A DNA stretch of 64,000 nucleotides, from the NCBI GenBank assembly GCA_012295275.1, contig CM022678.1, positions 11,780,001 to 11,844,000 of the forward strand, written 5' to 3'. The notes under the pieces were generated by a model that worked only from the letters and a program-made list of their open reading frames with translations, was not told the origin of the DNA and ran no database searches. Position numbers and translations under genes: made by a program. Below, one piece after another: positions 1 to 14,545 of the stretch; within the stretch, counting starts at the first letter, position 1, and each line of letters opens with the position of its first letter. The stretch is from Chrysomallon squamiferum. Taxonomy: Eukaryota > Animalia > Mollusca.

Positions 1-250
1 ACAAACACATAAACAAGTATATATATATTTCAAATATTCAAATACTTAAACATACTAACTGTTATTATATAAAAAACTAATTTACAGATACAGAAATACT
101 GGGTACTATTTGCTTGATTTACTTTTATAGCCATCCGAGGATTAGCTTAGACGAAGCGATCAAAAGAAATAAAAGTGTTATTTGCGATATTACAGTGCGC
201 ACATTATTTTGGAGGAAAATGATAAAGGAAACAAGTCAGTGCAACTGAAC

Positions 251-450
251 NNNNNNNNNNNNNNNNNNNNNNNNNNNNNNNNNNNNNNNNNNNNNNNNNN
301 NNNNNNNNNNNNNNNNNNNNNNNNNNNNNNNNNNNNNNNNNNNNNNNNNNNNNNNNNNNNNNNNNNNNNNNNNNNNNNNNNNNNNNNNNNNNNNNNNNNN
401 NNNNNNNNNNNNNNNNNNNNNNNNNNNNNNNNNNNNNNNNNNNNNNNNNN
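251..450. other. Scaffold gap (200 N)
   Basis: Run of exactly 200 n; a round number typical of a placeholder gap of unknown size. Confidence 0.99.
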
Positions 451-1448
451 AAAGTGTTTTCATACAGTTGCAAACTACAATATCATATGAAAGTCCATAT
501 TGTAGACAGACCTTTTAAATGTGAGGTTTGCGCAAAATCTTTGAAACAAAATTCATGTCTAAGATATCACACGAGAGTACACACTAGAGAGAAATTTTTT
601 CAATGTGAGGTTTGTGAAAAACGTTTCTTAAGCAGATCGAGTTTAAGCAATCACATGACCGTACACACTGGAGAGAAACCTTTAAATGTGAAGTTTGTGC
701 AATGTCTTTTTCAAGGAGTTCAAATCTAAAACGTCACATGAGAGTTCATACTAGGATTAGATGTTTTAAATGTGAAGTTTGTGCAAAATCTTTCTTACAC
801 CCTTCGAGTCTAAGAAGCCATAAGATGATCCATACTGGTTAGACACCGTATAAATGTGAACTTTGTTCAAAATCATTCTCACAAAATGCGACTCTGAAAA
901 GGCATATGAAAGTCCACACTGGTGAGAAATCTGTTATATGTGAAATTTGTGGAAAATGTTTGTCAACAGCAGATAGTCTAAATCGTCACATGAAGGTTCA
1001 CTCTCGTGAGAAACTTTTTAAATGTGACGTTTGTTCAAAATTCTTCACACTCAATTCAGTTCTAAAAATCTACATGAAGTTGAATTCAGCTATTAGACGT
1101 TTTAAATGTAAAGTTTGTAAAAAACGGTTCTCAAAACGTCTATATGCAAAACACCATCTGAAATGTTATACTGGTGACACACCTTTTAAATGTGAAGTTT
1201 GTGCAAAATGTTTCTCGAGCAGTTCGAATCTAAGAAATCACACGATGGTTCATACTGGTGAGAAATCTTTTCAATGTGATGTTTGTGCAAAATATTTCTC
1301 ACAGCGTTCGAGTTTAAAATATCATATGACGATCCATACTGGAGAGAAACGTTTCAAATGTGAAGTTTGTGCAAAATGTTTCTCACGAAGAGTTATTGTA
1401 AAAAATCACATGAAGACACATCGTGTTGAGAAGCGTTTAAAATGTTGA
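451..1448 (+). pseudogene. C2H2 zinc-finger array, copy A (disrupted, 5' end lost in gap)
   Basis: About 11 CxxC-x12-HxxxH fingers with TGEKP-type linkers. 1-nt frameshifts near 460 and 681 (CCTTTAAA vs CCTTTTAAA in copy B), in-frame TAG at 840-842 (GAG in copy B), two fingers lack His ligands. AATAAA near 1583. Confidence 0.85.
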
Positions 1449-2578
1449 GCTCCTGCAAAATGTTTCCAGCAAGCTGATATCTAACATGTCACACGAAGTC
1501 CCACTTTTACGAGAAACGTTTGAAGAATTAGTGATAATAATTTATGACAGAAGAGAAAAAGTAACCATGAAATACTTTTTATAATAAACAACACTTAAGA
1601 AAGGTTAATTATAAATACGAGTTTTGATTGGTTTGCTAGAGAACAAATCTGGAATAGTATGATTTTCTATTTCAGAGTTCTAAGTAGTAGCAGTACTTTT
1701 ACTACTGCTGGTACTGCTGGTACTGTTGCTAGTACCGGTATCACTACTACTACAGCAACATCACAACACTGGATATTAGAGGTCATCTTAGAGGTCATTA
1801 ATTCATTGTTACTCTAATAACAGATTAAGATATCTTTTGGGGTGTTTTCGGTCAGTATGTACATGTATATTGATACTGATAAATGCTACTTTGGAGGACA
1901 TAACATTGCAAATGATTTTCAACTGACATACGACTAATTGACATTTGTGTTAGAAACAAAAGAGAGTTGATGTTATAATTTAAAACAGCTCAGAAGTGAT
2001 GGGACACAAAACACTTGGCGTACAATCAGACAATAACTAAAATACGCAACTGATACTTTTTTTAAATTTATTGTCATTGTTTTAACTTTTTTCTTTTTAA
2101 TGTGCAAAAAGCGATGATAATAGTTTATACAGTGATACATTTAATTGATATAATCATCTTATACTCTATTTTTTTTCAACTTAAAATGTACGGCAACTTC
2201 GTCTGTGTTCAAACTGAATTTAGGAAGATTTCGGATGGAATACAAATAAACACAGATAGATAAAATTATATAAACATGTTGATGAACACAGATAAAAACA
2301 AACATAATATAGATAAACTGATGTTCAGGAATGGTTTTATGTAGTACTTAGAAAGATTAGGCAGTCTTGAAAGTAAGGATCACCACTGATATTACAGGTA
2401 GAATCCGTATTTTATACCACGTCACAGTACATTTAAAACACGTCTGATTTGTGAATCTTGTACTAAGATATAATTATAGTAGCTAGGGTAACCTAATGAA
2501 GGTTACAAGAGACAATCTTTGGAATTAATTTTCTAGAAATAAGAATATAAACATTAACATGCCAAGTTACAGTAATCA

Positions 2579-2824
2579 CCTTTTAAATGTGAAGTTTTTG
2601 CTAAATGTTTCTCACTACGTTTTCATGTAGAACATCATATGAGAATCCATACTGGAGAGAATCCTTTCAAATGTGAAGTTTGTGCTAAATGTTTCTCACT
2701 ACGTTTTCATGTAGAACATCATATGAGATTCGATACTGGAGAGCAACGTTTCAAATGTGAGGTTTGTTCAAAATGTTTCTCACGAGGAGATGTTCTAAAA
2801 GGTCACATGAAGACACGGTGGTGA
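2579..2824 (+). pseudogene. Truncated C2H2 zinc-finger fragment (3 fingers, 84-bp internal duplication)
   Basis: [79 protein letters not shown]; ligands mutated; flanks resemble those of the main ZF exon. Confidence 0.85.
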
Positions 2825-3856
2825 GAAGCGTTTTAAATGTGGAGTTCATGCGAAATATTTCCAACAAGCTGGTATCTAGATTAGCACACGAAGTCCCATT
2901 TTTAAGAGAAATGTTCGAGAAATGACTGTTGATAACTCAATATAAAAGTGATAATCTGTGAAATAAAGAAGAAAATGTAACCATCAAATGTCATATAATA
3001 AAAACAACATTTAGCACAAGTTAATTAAGAATATGAGTTTTGAGTAATTTGCTAGATAACAAATTTACTTCTACTATTAGCACTACTATTACCACTGCTA
3101 CTAGTACAACATCACGACAGTAGACATTTGACGTCATCTGAACTTTGGTCAGTTCATTGTTACTTTTATTACAGATTGTGTTAATTTCAGAAATAGTGTT
3201 TTCTTTACGTCTGGTTGTCTGTACATACATTCCAAAAATCTATGATTTGTATTTATAATTATGTACATTTAAAGGTATGTTTACATGTGAGTCTTTGAAT
3301 GAAAATGAAGTTACATTTATCCTTATCTAGAAATAAGAAAGTTAAGTAATATTGACGTGTAGGTATATATAATCATATTTCTTTATTATTATGTGCATGT
3401 AAAAACGTTGCTCCACAACTGAAAGAGAATATTCTAATAGAATGCTTATGGTTAAACGTGTTACTAGATCACTTTTATATGAATAAAAAAAAAAAAAAAA
3501 AAAAATTGTGATCCTTTTTGTTAATCCTACTTGCAAAGAAATCTTCCCATTTACAGCCATTTACATTATTCTAGTTGTTATGCCAACATGCATACTGAAT
3601 GCTGATACGAAATACAGTCAGTTAATATAATAACTCCAAAATCAATGAAATCCCAGGACATAGTTTTCTTATATTCCTTTAAGTAATTGGAATAAGTTGA
3701 TATAAAAATGTTATCAGATGTGGAAATTGTGTAATCTGAAAAAAACAGACTGATTCTTTATTCTTGTAATTCAACTTGATCGGAGAATAGCTTCAGTGTG
3801 TTATTAATTACAGATGTATATACGTTTCTGAAACATCTAAGCAATGAAATCCTTTT

Positions 3857-3900
<44 letters not shown>

Positions 3901-4184
3901 AATCTATAAAAGAAATGTTGATCGTAAATGCTTTTTATTTTGACTTTGATCATACTGTAATTTATATTTATTAACACATCATATACAACATTAGTTTAAA
4001 AAAAAAGTACTAAATTTCATTTATTAAATTGGACACGGACATAAAAAGAGAAATGTACAAATGTTGGAATGGAAACCTGAGTTCAAATAAATAAGAAGAC
4101 ATGTTTGACAAATAAGAGAAAAATATGAACATAAGTTATAAATTTATACACATGCAGATGAATAAATATAAATACAGAAATATA

Positions 4185-4237
<53 letters not shown>

Positions 4238-4310
4238 GAGATAAATATGGAAGACAGAAAAGATAACAGAGACCAATAGTAAATCATGTCCTTAGAGACA
4301 ATTAAAACTG

Positions 4311-4351
<41 letters not shown>

Positions 4352-4563
4352 CAGCCCCCCCTTGACTGAAGAATACAAATGAAATACAAAATACTAAGAT
4401 AGAGAACAAATTCCGGAACAATGAGAAAAAGAAAGATAAAATATGAGAAAGAAGAAGATCTATATAATATATAACAAGAAGAAAAATGAAAGAAAGAATT
4501 CAGAATGTCGCCTGATTTCCTCAAGATACGGACTGTCATTCAAAACAAAAGCGCGACTTCAGT

Positions 4564-4579
4564 GAAAAATGGCGTAAGT
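4564..4579 (+). promoter_or_regulatory. YY1-like AAAATGGCG overlapping a GTAAGT donor (candidate first-exon end)
   Basis: GAAAAATGGC|GTAAGT in a locally CpG-containing patch (4505-4580). Confidence 0.35.
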
Positions 4580-5544
4580 AGGTTAGTAAATGTGACTTTT
4601 CTATCTACAACCACAAATCATCACCAACTTCATTAGTATCTGTATTTATGCGTCTGTTAAATAAATAAATAGAGAAAAAAAGAAACAAACACATAAACAA
4701 GTATATATATATTTCAAATATTCAAATACTTAAACATACTAATTGTTATTATATAAAAAACTAATTTACAGATACAGAAATACTGGGTACTATTTGCTTG
4801 ATTTACTTTTATAGCCATCCGAGGATTAGCTTAGACGAAGCGATCAAAAGAAATAAAAGTGTTATTTGCGATATTACAGTGCGCACATTATTTTGGAGGA
4901 AAATGATAAAGGAAACAAGTCAGTGTTAAACAAAGGGGAGATAAACCACATAATTGCCATTAAGACTGGACGTCGAACAGGTTTATCGTGTACATGTTAG
5001 AAATGAATGGAAGGTAATCTTTAAAACACTGCTTGTAAGTTGAAATAAGAATTTTTCGCGGAATACTGCTACGATTTGAAGTCTGTTTTGAGGAAAATAG
5101 AACTAGCATACGATTGATAGCATTGTAACGATTGTTTCCGTGGTAAACCTGTACTCGTTTTTTTTTTTTTTTTTTTTTCTTCATGTCGTAAAGACTTTGG
5201 TATAACGGTTGCCCTAGTCTTGTTATTTTTTATTTAAGGTAGCATAAAATTGATTAACACATTTTCAGTAAAACGACAATAAAGAAATAAAATAAAACTA
5301 GTTCAAAGATAAACGCCGAACCTATTTTATAAACTACTTTCTCCAGTCGACTGAAGGCAACGGATATATCCCAAATTCATCATACACCATTGATCTTCAC
5401 ATGTAGATTTTGAATTTGAAAGTATGTCTTACGTTGAACCTAAATTTGTAAAAGCTCAAATTCTGCATCCAGGTAATAATGTAGATTTTCATCATTTTGA
5501 AGTCTTGTCAAACAAAGCTGAAAGTCTGCTGATAAATTCTCCAC

Positions 5545-5575
<31 letters not shown>

Positions 5576-6238
5576 TTTTTTTTCAGACCAATTGATTAAA
5601 CCATTTTGATATTTATGAAGCATCCAGACTTAGTTCAGACAAGTCCAAGGTATTTAGCAATTTCAGTTTCTTTATCACATGTGAATTTAAAGGCTCATCT
5701 GTAAAATTGCAGGAGAATATTCTGATAGAAAGTTTTTACTATTTCTTGCTGCACAGTTTTTATTAGATCATGTTTGTATAATAATAATAATAATAACAAC
5801 ATGACAGACATTTCTGAGACCTATTCCAAAATTTGAAGACCCCCCCCCCATAAAACCTGATTTAGAGCCATTTGTATAATCCTAGCTTTTGTAACATGAT
5901 ATTATTCTGAAACATTTCCCATTATTATAATACATTGATGCAATACAAAATCAAAAACATTCAAAAATGAATAAAAACAAATATTAGTAACTGGAATAAG
6001 TTAATACAAAAATGTTATCAGTAATTCAGAAACCTTTTAAAAAAACCATACAGACCTTTTTTTATTCTACTAATTTAAATTCATCAGAGAATACAATCAG
6101 TGCATTATTAATTACAAATGTAAATATATTTGCGAAACAGCTAAACAAAGTAATACATCAATAATTTCTCATATCAAGGTAATTATCTTTCATTATTGGG
6201 ATTTCATTTCCATCTGATCAAAGTGTAGGAATTATTTC

Positions 6239-6480
6239 ACTATCAGATATGGCATTAAATAGTAGAAGATAAACACACTATATTAATCTATCAAATATAG
6301 CATTAAATAGTACTAGTAGAACACAAATACACTATATTCCACTATCAAATACAGCATTAAATAGTAGAACATAAACACACTATATTAATCTATCAAATAT
6401 AGCATTAAATAGTACTAGTAGAACACAAATACACTATATTCCACTATCAAATATAGCATTAAATAGTAGAACATTAACAC
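6239..6480. repeat. Tandem repeat, ~102-bp dimer of ~48/54-bp monomers
   Basis: CTATCAAATATAGCATTAAATAGTACTAG recurs at ~6288 and ~6390; five related monomers. Confidence 0.85.
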
Positions 6481-6674
6481 AGTATCATATTATGAAAGAA
6501 TTAAGAACATTTTAAGTTTGAAAGTGAAATCAAAAATTAAATAGTAATTTTATAAACAAAACAACATGAACAAATTCAGACAGTAACAACTGTTCACATA
6601 ATATTCTTTTAACAGCTTCTTTTGACCACATATTGGTACCTGAATCTACATGCTAGTGGTACATTCATTTTAAA

Positions 6675-6706
<32 letters not shown>

Positions 6707-9700
6707 CACATTTGTCTAGTTTATATTTTGTAAAATTAAAATATAAACTTCATATAGCATTTGATTTGTAATATGGTGACAGCATGTGTAATATATCAGA
6801 CAATTTAGTTTCATTGGCATTAACAACCTTTGCCCAAAATGTACTTTACTTTAACACACACATACAGTGGATATCTCTTTAATTCATCATAGAACATCCA
6901 GCATAATGTTGTCATGTTAACACATAATTATGATTATGCACATTTGCAAAGCTTAAGATGATACTTCTTTCAGTTATTCCTAACTTAGAAAACCCAGATT
7001 TCACATCCATACAGTAATATATGTTTTACAATCGGACAAATTTAAGTCGGTTCATACATTAAATTCTCTACATTTCTTTTCAGTAGAGGAAACAGACTTT
7101 GAAGTTCAACTGATTGAAAATGTTCTGGTTTCACAAAGGTTCCAGATTTACTGAAGACAAGTTCACGGTATTTAACCTCAATTTCTGTATTAAATAATTA
7201 ACCATGCAAGTAACTTGATGTACATTATCATGATTAATTTCTTTCACAAGAATCTGTGTTACTGAACAAATATCTTTACAACTTTCATACGTAAAAAATT
7301 ATTATTAATTCATTCAAATATAATGAAAATAAGATACCAAATTTTCTATATTAAATAATTAACAATGAAAGTAACTTGATGTACATTAACATCTTTGAGA
7401 AGAACATCAGATACCGACTGAATGCCATTACAACTTTCATACTTAAAATATTACTAGATCATTTAAGTATGATGAAAATAAAATAGTGACTTTTTCCTTG
7501 CCTTACTTCAGAATCTGAAGAAAGTATTCTGATTTATGGCTGTTTGTACAATTCTAGTTTTTAAACCATCCTGTTTTTATCCTAAATTAATGTCATACAG
7601 AATCAGATGCTCATTCAGAATGTTTGAAAAGCAGTGACTGGAATAAATTAATAAAAAAAAAATAACCTAAAATAAAGTTTTGTTGATAAAACAAATCACC
7701 ATTTTGTGGTGAGAATTTGTCCTGTTTCTCACTTTATTGGTGAGCTTGCAACCTGCAGCTGTTTTTAGGTGGCACTGTAATTAGTAGCTCCGCCCTCATG
7801 CTACATAATTCAGATGAACACAGTTCCTGTGCATCATAGAATAACTCATCACTTGCATGTTTAGACTGTTTAAGAGAAAAAAGTTTTTGTAGTTTCAGAA
7901 ATAATGAATTAGCATTTATCACTGTTTTTCATGTTTAAAGAGTGAAGTATTTTTATTTTTTATCATCATTGAATTATATTAAATAAATTAATTATTATTG
8001 GTACATTTTGTCATCATTGATATTTATTTATTTATTTATTATCATCATTTACTTTTATATATTTATTTCACAATTTTATGTTGGACCTTCAGATGCATTT
8101 TTTACATATTTACAGTGATATGATTGTATGTTAAAGTGGTTAAACTGTCACAGGAAGCCACTTTAAAACAAATGAGTTGTGTCTAACAGCTTTGAATAGT
8201 ACAACATGACTTTGTTTATACATGTAACATGATTTTTCAGTCTTATTTTAAATGTTTAGAGGTTAAAAGTTAAAATGAAGCTGTGATGTGTGTGTGTTAC
8301 CTAAAAAAGACTAACAGCATTTGATCTTTACCCATTATCATCTGCAATACACAAACCCGGCTAAAGCTTGGTGCCCACTCCAGAAAGGTGTTGAATTAGA
8401 AACAATAAAATGTCTGTAATCAGGAGACTAAAGGATATTTGAACCAGAAATATAAAAGAGTTTTCTTATCTTTGTTCTTGATGTGGTTGGACTGCAAATA
8501 AAAGTTACCTGTGATCTGACCATTGCTGGTATTTTCTCTGATGGAGCTAATCAACACTACAAGAAAAAATAAATCAAGTTTTAAGATCAGTCTTGATATT
8601 AAGAAATGAAATGTGATTAGTTTATTTCCTGGGTTCATTGAGTTTAATTTGCTACTTACTTTGTCTGTGAACCATGAAAATGATTTTCAGTAAGTTTAAC
8701 AAGCACTCATGGTAAGCTTGCAACCAGACTTCACTTTCAGAGCTGAATTGTTTGTCCCAAAATTGACCATGTGACAGGTCATTACTAAATTTAGCAATTG
8801 GTACAAGCCCTATTCAGCTATTTTGTGCACACCAGCATTCCAGACTTTCCACAATCTAATGTGTTATTTCTAACATGATAGTGGAATTTCAAAGACCATT
8901 TGTGTATTCACACACATCATGAAAATTTAATTTCCGTACTTTTGATCTTCTGAGTGTTAAGTTTGTTTCATGGACTTGTGTTGTTTTTAAGGACTAGTGT
9001 TAACTCTGTCTACTGTTTCTGTTACAGAATGAACTTGCTTCCTGCTTAAAATAACTAATTTTCTGGTTCTCAGCTGTGTGTAATGTGATACTGTAAAACA
9101 GTTCAGATACCAGTTGTACATCACTAATTGTACTGCATAATAATCACCAAACACCAATTGTATAATTACATCAACCCAGAGCAAGTTGGGCACTTTGAGA
9201 CAAGCAGAATTAGCGATCTTAAAATAACTTTTATTTATTTTTTATTTTTTTATTATCCATCGTGAATGCAGTATTATGATTTGCCATGAATATTCATGTT
9301 TTTTCTCGAACTGTCTCCTTCTGTAACCACAGTTTTCTTTTAATTAAAAATATTATTAATGACTTATTTATTTTAGATTCATATACAGATTTGAAAAAAA
9401 TCTTAGTTTGATTTAGTGTTACTTTGAGTGATGTGGATGACCAATGGCTGTGTTGTTTTTGTGTCTGTCCATAACCAAGTTTTAAAAGCCAATTTATGAT
9501 ATTTACAAAAAGAAAAGGATTAGTTTAATTTTATATACAACAGTGTGGAGGAAATGTTTAGCTACAAATCTATCTTCAATGCAGTAAGTGACGACAAAAC
9601 GTTCAGTGTGCGCAGTTTAACGTAAACAAATCGTGTTTAAAATATGCTAATTTAAATATTATATAACTTCACTGCGTTAGATTACTGGTTAGTGAGAGCG

Positions 9701-10079
9701 ACCCAGTGAAATGAAACTGTTCCTTGCGATATCAGAGTGTGCGCTTTATTTTGAACGTGAATGATAAACAAGCCAACGTTGACCAAAGTGGAGATAAATT
9801 ACAGAATAGCCATTAAACCTGAACGCAGAGCAGGTTTCTCGTGTATATATTAGAAAATAATGGAAGGTAAAACGCTCAGTAAATATTGGTTGTAAATTGA
9901 AGTGAAAAAAGTTGGCAGAATTCTGCTACGATTTTAATGTAAATAACAAAATAAGTCGTTTTGAGTAAAATAGTAACGTGTTATTCTTTGTTTATGCTGT
10001 ATACTTATAATCGTCTCTCTCAAAATATTGAGATTGTCCATTACGAAATCCTCATTTCAATAGCTGTGATAACATATTA

Positions 10080-10158
<79 letters not shown>

Positions 10159-11670
10159 TTCAAATAGAGATGTATTTTATACGAATCAGAAAACATTGAA
10201 ATTCAGAGGTGTAAGAAAAAAAAAATGAGTAAACTTGAAAAGTGTTTTGTTTTTAATGTCTTTAATAGATTTAACCAAATTAAATATTATGATTTTGGCC
10301 TGTTTCAATTGATATGTGAATGTTTCTATTACCATGGTGTTTATTTCTGCAAACGACCATATAGAGTTGTCGTTCCTGGGTGGTTTTTTTTCATGGATCG
10401 GGCACCAGCACTTCACTCCAAGTCGTTATTAAACAATAAATACACGGTTATTTGTCAAACACACGCAAGACTGAAGGAAGATAGGTCTAAATGTTCCATT
10501 TAATAATCTATTCAGCGTTTTCCTTTTTTACAATTTTTTTTTTCTAACGTTTGGCCTTTCATACTTAATCGTAATCTCGGACTTGACTCTGAATTTATAA
10601 ACAGTTTAGCCTCAAATATTAATACTGTAATTATAAATGAAGCGAAATATATGTTTGGTAAGATATAATACAGCCAAGGAAAAATCTAGAGCACTGGACA
10701 GACGTTCAGCAGGATAATACTTTATTGTTAATGAATATATTAAGTATTGTGTTAATATTATGTTATCTTTTTATATACTATTGTATAACATTACTTTTGA
10801 CACAACAATTATACCATCTAGTGGTTAACAGTCGTTAAACAAATATAAAATAAAATACTTCGAAAATAATATTATATTATCGAACTGTTAAGGTAAATTA
10901 TTCAGGTGAAGTTCACTGAAGCTCAGTTGATTGAATTTTTCTTCCTATTTACGAACGATCCAGATCTAATTAATACAAGTCAAAGGTGTCTGACTATAGT
11001 AACAACATTCATTTTTTTGTTATTTTATACAAGTCTTTAAAAAGTTGTTCTAAAAATGCACTAATCATAGATATAGTTTTCGGCATTAAATTTTAACTTC
11101 AAATTTTCCCAGTATTTCAAAACAAAGCAGTTGATGATGTAAATTATCTGCTATTTCTGCTAATGTTACGGTATCAGCATATAACAACTTTCGTAGCTTA
11201 AAAAACTTGCTCATTTAAATATCAATAAAATAAAATTGATGAGAGATTTTCCTTTTACCCTTCTCCAAAATTAAAAGAAAACATACGATTTTGACAATTT
11301 AGAATATAAATGATATATATTAAATTTGTATAAAATAATCAACTTGAATAAAATATGATAATTTAAATATTAGTGGTTAGCATGTAATTTATGTATTTAT
11401 ATTTTCAGAAATCAATGAAATCTAAGCATCACAATTCCAGATTTTCATGAAAATGACATTCGGATGTGAAGTGAAAAATATAATTCCTTGAATTTGCAAA
11501 CTGATGTGTTTTAATGAAAGAACACTTTACACTTTAGCGCAGTAAATTCACTCTGTATTTTACATCATCGTCACAGTACGTTCAAAACACCTCTGATCTG
11601 GGAATTTTGTGGTGCGATGTAATTACAGTAGTCATGGTAACCCAATGAAACACACGAGTTTACAGCAGAG

Positions 11671-12012
<342 letters not shown>

Positions 12013-13059
12013 ATGAAAAATCCATTTGTAGACAAACCTTTTAAATGTGAAGTTTGCGCAAAATCTTTCAAACAAAATTCATGTCTAGAACATCACACGA
12101 GAGTACACACTAGAGAGAAATTTTTTCAATGTGAAGTTTGTGAAAAATGTTTCTCAAGCAGATCGAGTTTAAGCAATCACATAATCGTACACACTGGAGA
12201 GAAACCTTTTAAATGTGAAGTTTGTGCAAATTCTTTCTCATGGAGTTCAAATCTAAAACGTCACATGACAGTTCATACTAGGATTAGATGTTTTAAATGT
12301 GAAGTTTGTGCAAAATCTTTCTTACACCCTTCGAGTCTAAGAAGCCATAAGATGATCCATACTGGTGAGACACCGTATAAATGTGAACTTTGTTCAAAAT
12401 CATTCTCACAAAGTGCGACTCTGAAAAGGCATATAAAAGTCCACACTGGTGAGAAATCTTTTAAATGTGAAATTTGTGGGAAATGTTTGTCAACAGCAGA
12501 TAGTCTAAAATGTCACATGAAGGTTCACTCTCGTGAGAAACCTTTTAAATGTGACGTTTGTTCAAAGTGTTTCCCATACAATTCAAATCTAAAATTTCAT
12601 ATGAAGTTCCATACAACTATCAGACGTTTTAAATGTAAAGTTTGTGCAAAATGTTTCTCGTGTAGTTCGAATCTAAGAAATCACAGGATGGTCCATTCTG
12701 GAGAGAAACCTTTTAAATGTGAGGTTTGTTCAAAATGTTTCTCACAGCGTTCGAGTTTAAAGTTTCATATGACGATCCATACTGGAGAGAAACCTTTTGA
12801 ATGTGAAGTTTGTGCAAAATGTTTCTCGTGCAGTTCGAATCTAAGAGATCACACGATGGTCCACACTGGAGAGAAACCTTTTAAATGTGAGGTTTGTGCA
12901 AAATGTTTCTCACAGCGTTCGAGTTTAAAATATCATATGACGATCCATACTGGAGAGAAACGTTTCAAATGTGAAGTTTGTGCAAAATGTTTCTCACGAA
13001 GAGATTTTCTTAAAAATCACATGAAGACACATCGTGTTGAGAAGCGTTTTAAATGTTGA
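12013..13059 (+). CDS. C2H2 (Kruppel-type) zinc-finger protein, 12 tandem fingers, copy B
   Basis: 348-aa open frame with 12 complete CxxC-x12-HxxxH fingers and TGEKPF linkers; AATAAA ~135 nt after the stop. The upstream part of the exon is disrupted, so functionality is uncertain. Confidence 0.75.
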   Translation: MKNPFVDKPFKCEVCAKSFKQNSCLEHHTRVHTREKFFQCEVCEKCFSSRSSLSNHIIVHTGEKPFKCEVCANSFSWSSNLKRHMTVHTRIRCFKCEVCAKSFLHPSSLRSHKMIHTGETPYKCELCSKSFSQSATLKRHIKVHTGEKSFKCEICGKCLSTADSLKCHMKVHSREKPFKCDVCSKCFPYNSNLKFHMKFHTTIRRFKCKVCAKCFSCSSNLRNHRMVHSGEKPFKCEVCSKCFSQRSSLKFHMTIHTGEKPFECEVCAKCFSCSSNLRDHTMVHTGEKPFKCEVCAKCFSQRSSLKYHMTIHTGEKRFKCEVCAKCFSRRDFLKNHMKTHRVEKRFKC

Positions 13060-14545
13060 GCTCGTGCAAAATGTTTCCAGCAAGCTGATATCTAACATGT
13101 CACACGAAGTCCCACTTTTACGAGAAACGTTTGAAGAATTATTGATAATAATTTATGACATAGAAGAGAAAAAGTAACCATGAAATACTTTTTATAATAA
13201 ACAACACTTAAGAAAGGTTAATTATAAATACGAGTTTTGATTGGTTTGCTAGAGAACAAATCTGGAATAGTATGATTTTCTATTTCACAGTTCTAAGTAG
13301 TAGCATCACTTTTGTTACTGCTGATGCTGCTGGTACTTTTGATAGTAGTGCTACCACTACTACTACAGCAACATCACTACTCTGGATATTAAATGTCATC
13401 TGAACTGTCATTAATGCATTGTTACTCTAATAACAGATTAAGATATCTTTTGGGGTGTTTTCAGTCAGTATGTTTTTCTGTATTGATACAGACAACGCCA
13501 ATATCCATCATTTTTGTATTTATAATTATGCATACGTGTATTTACTGTAAGCATTTGCACTAATACTCCTACTGTTGCTACATATTGCTATTACTATGTT
13601 TTGTGTGCAGCTAGACCTTCTTTAAAATGATTGTTTTATTAACTTATAAAAATCGTGTAGACTGCATGTTCTTCGTCAGTACCGACGTCTTCTGCGTTAT
13701 ACGTAAATAGAAAAATAAAATAAAATATGGCAATATATCCAAATGCATCTTTATTCACGCCTAATGCCATTCCATATACACAATGGAACATTTAATCTTA
13801 CGGAAATTTGAAGAGAAACGCTACTTTGGAGGACATAACATTGCAAATGATTTTCAACTGACGACTAATTAACATTTGTGTTATAAACAAAAGAGACAGT
13901 TGATGTTATAATTTAAAACAGCTCAGAAGTGATGGGACACAAAACACTTGGCGTACAATCAGACAATAACTAAAATACGCTACTGATACTTTTATTTAAT
14001 TTATTGTCATTGTTTTAACTTTTTTCTTTTTAATGTGCAAAAAGCGATGATAATAGTTTATACAGTGATACATTTAATTGATATAATCATCTTAAACTCT
14101 ATTTTTTCAACTTAAAATGTACGGCAACTTCGTCTGTGTTCAATCTGAATTTAGGAAGATTTCGGATGGAATTCAAATAGATACAGGTAGATAAAATTAT
14201 ATAAACACGTTGATGAACACAGAGAAAAACAAACATAATATAGATAAACTGATGTTCAGGAATGGTTTTATGTAGTACTTAGAAAGATTAGGCAGTCTTG
14301 AAAGTAAGGATCACCACTGATATTACAGGTAGAATGAATGATTCCTTCTCACTTTAGCGCAGTTAATTCAATCAGTATTTTATACCACATCACAGTAAAT
14401 TTAAAACACGTCTGATTTGTGAATCTTTACTAAGATATAATTATAGTAGTTAGGGTAACCTAATGAAGGTTACAAGAGATAATGTATGGAATTAATTTTC
14501 TAGAAATAAGAATATAAACATTAACATGCCAAGTTACAGTAATCA

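Larger units (their letters stand above)
451..4104 (+). repeat. Segmental duplicate A (paralog of 11979-16094)
   Basis: Colinear high-identity match by eye to 11979-16094 across the ZF exon, 3' UTR and flanks, with several indels. Confidence 0.93.

Noticed and set aside
7730-9200. Complex unique sequence that might be a decayed TE or gene on the minus strand
   Set aside because: The fragments I translated are short, stop-interrupted and match no family I recognise; needs BLASTX.
10225-10503. ORF with FMDRAPALHSK, reminiscent of the Tc1/mariner D..AP.H catalytic motif
   Set aside because: One weak motif only; no other DDE residues or terminal inverted repeats recognised.
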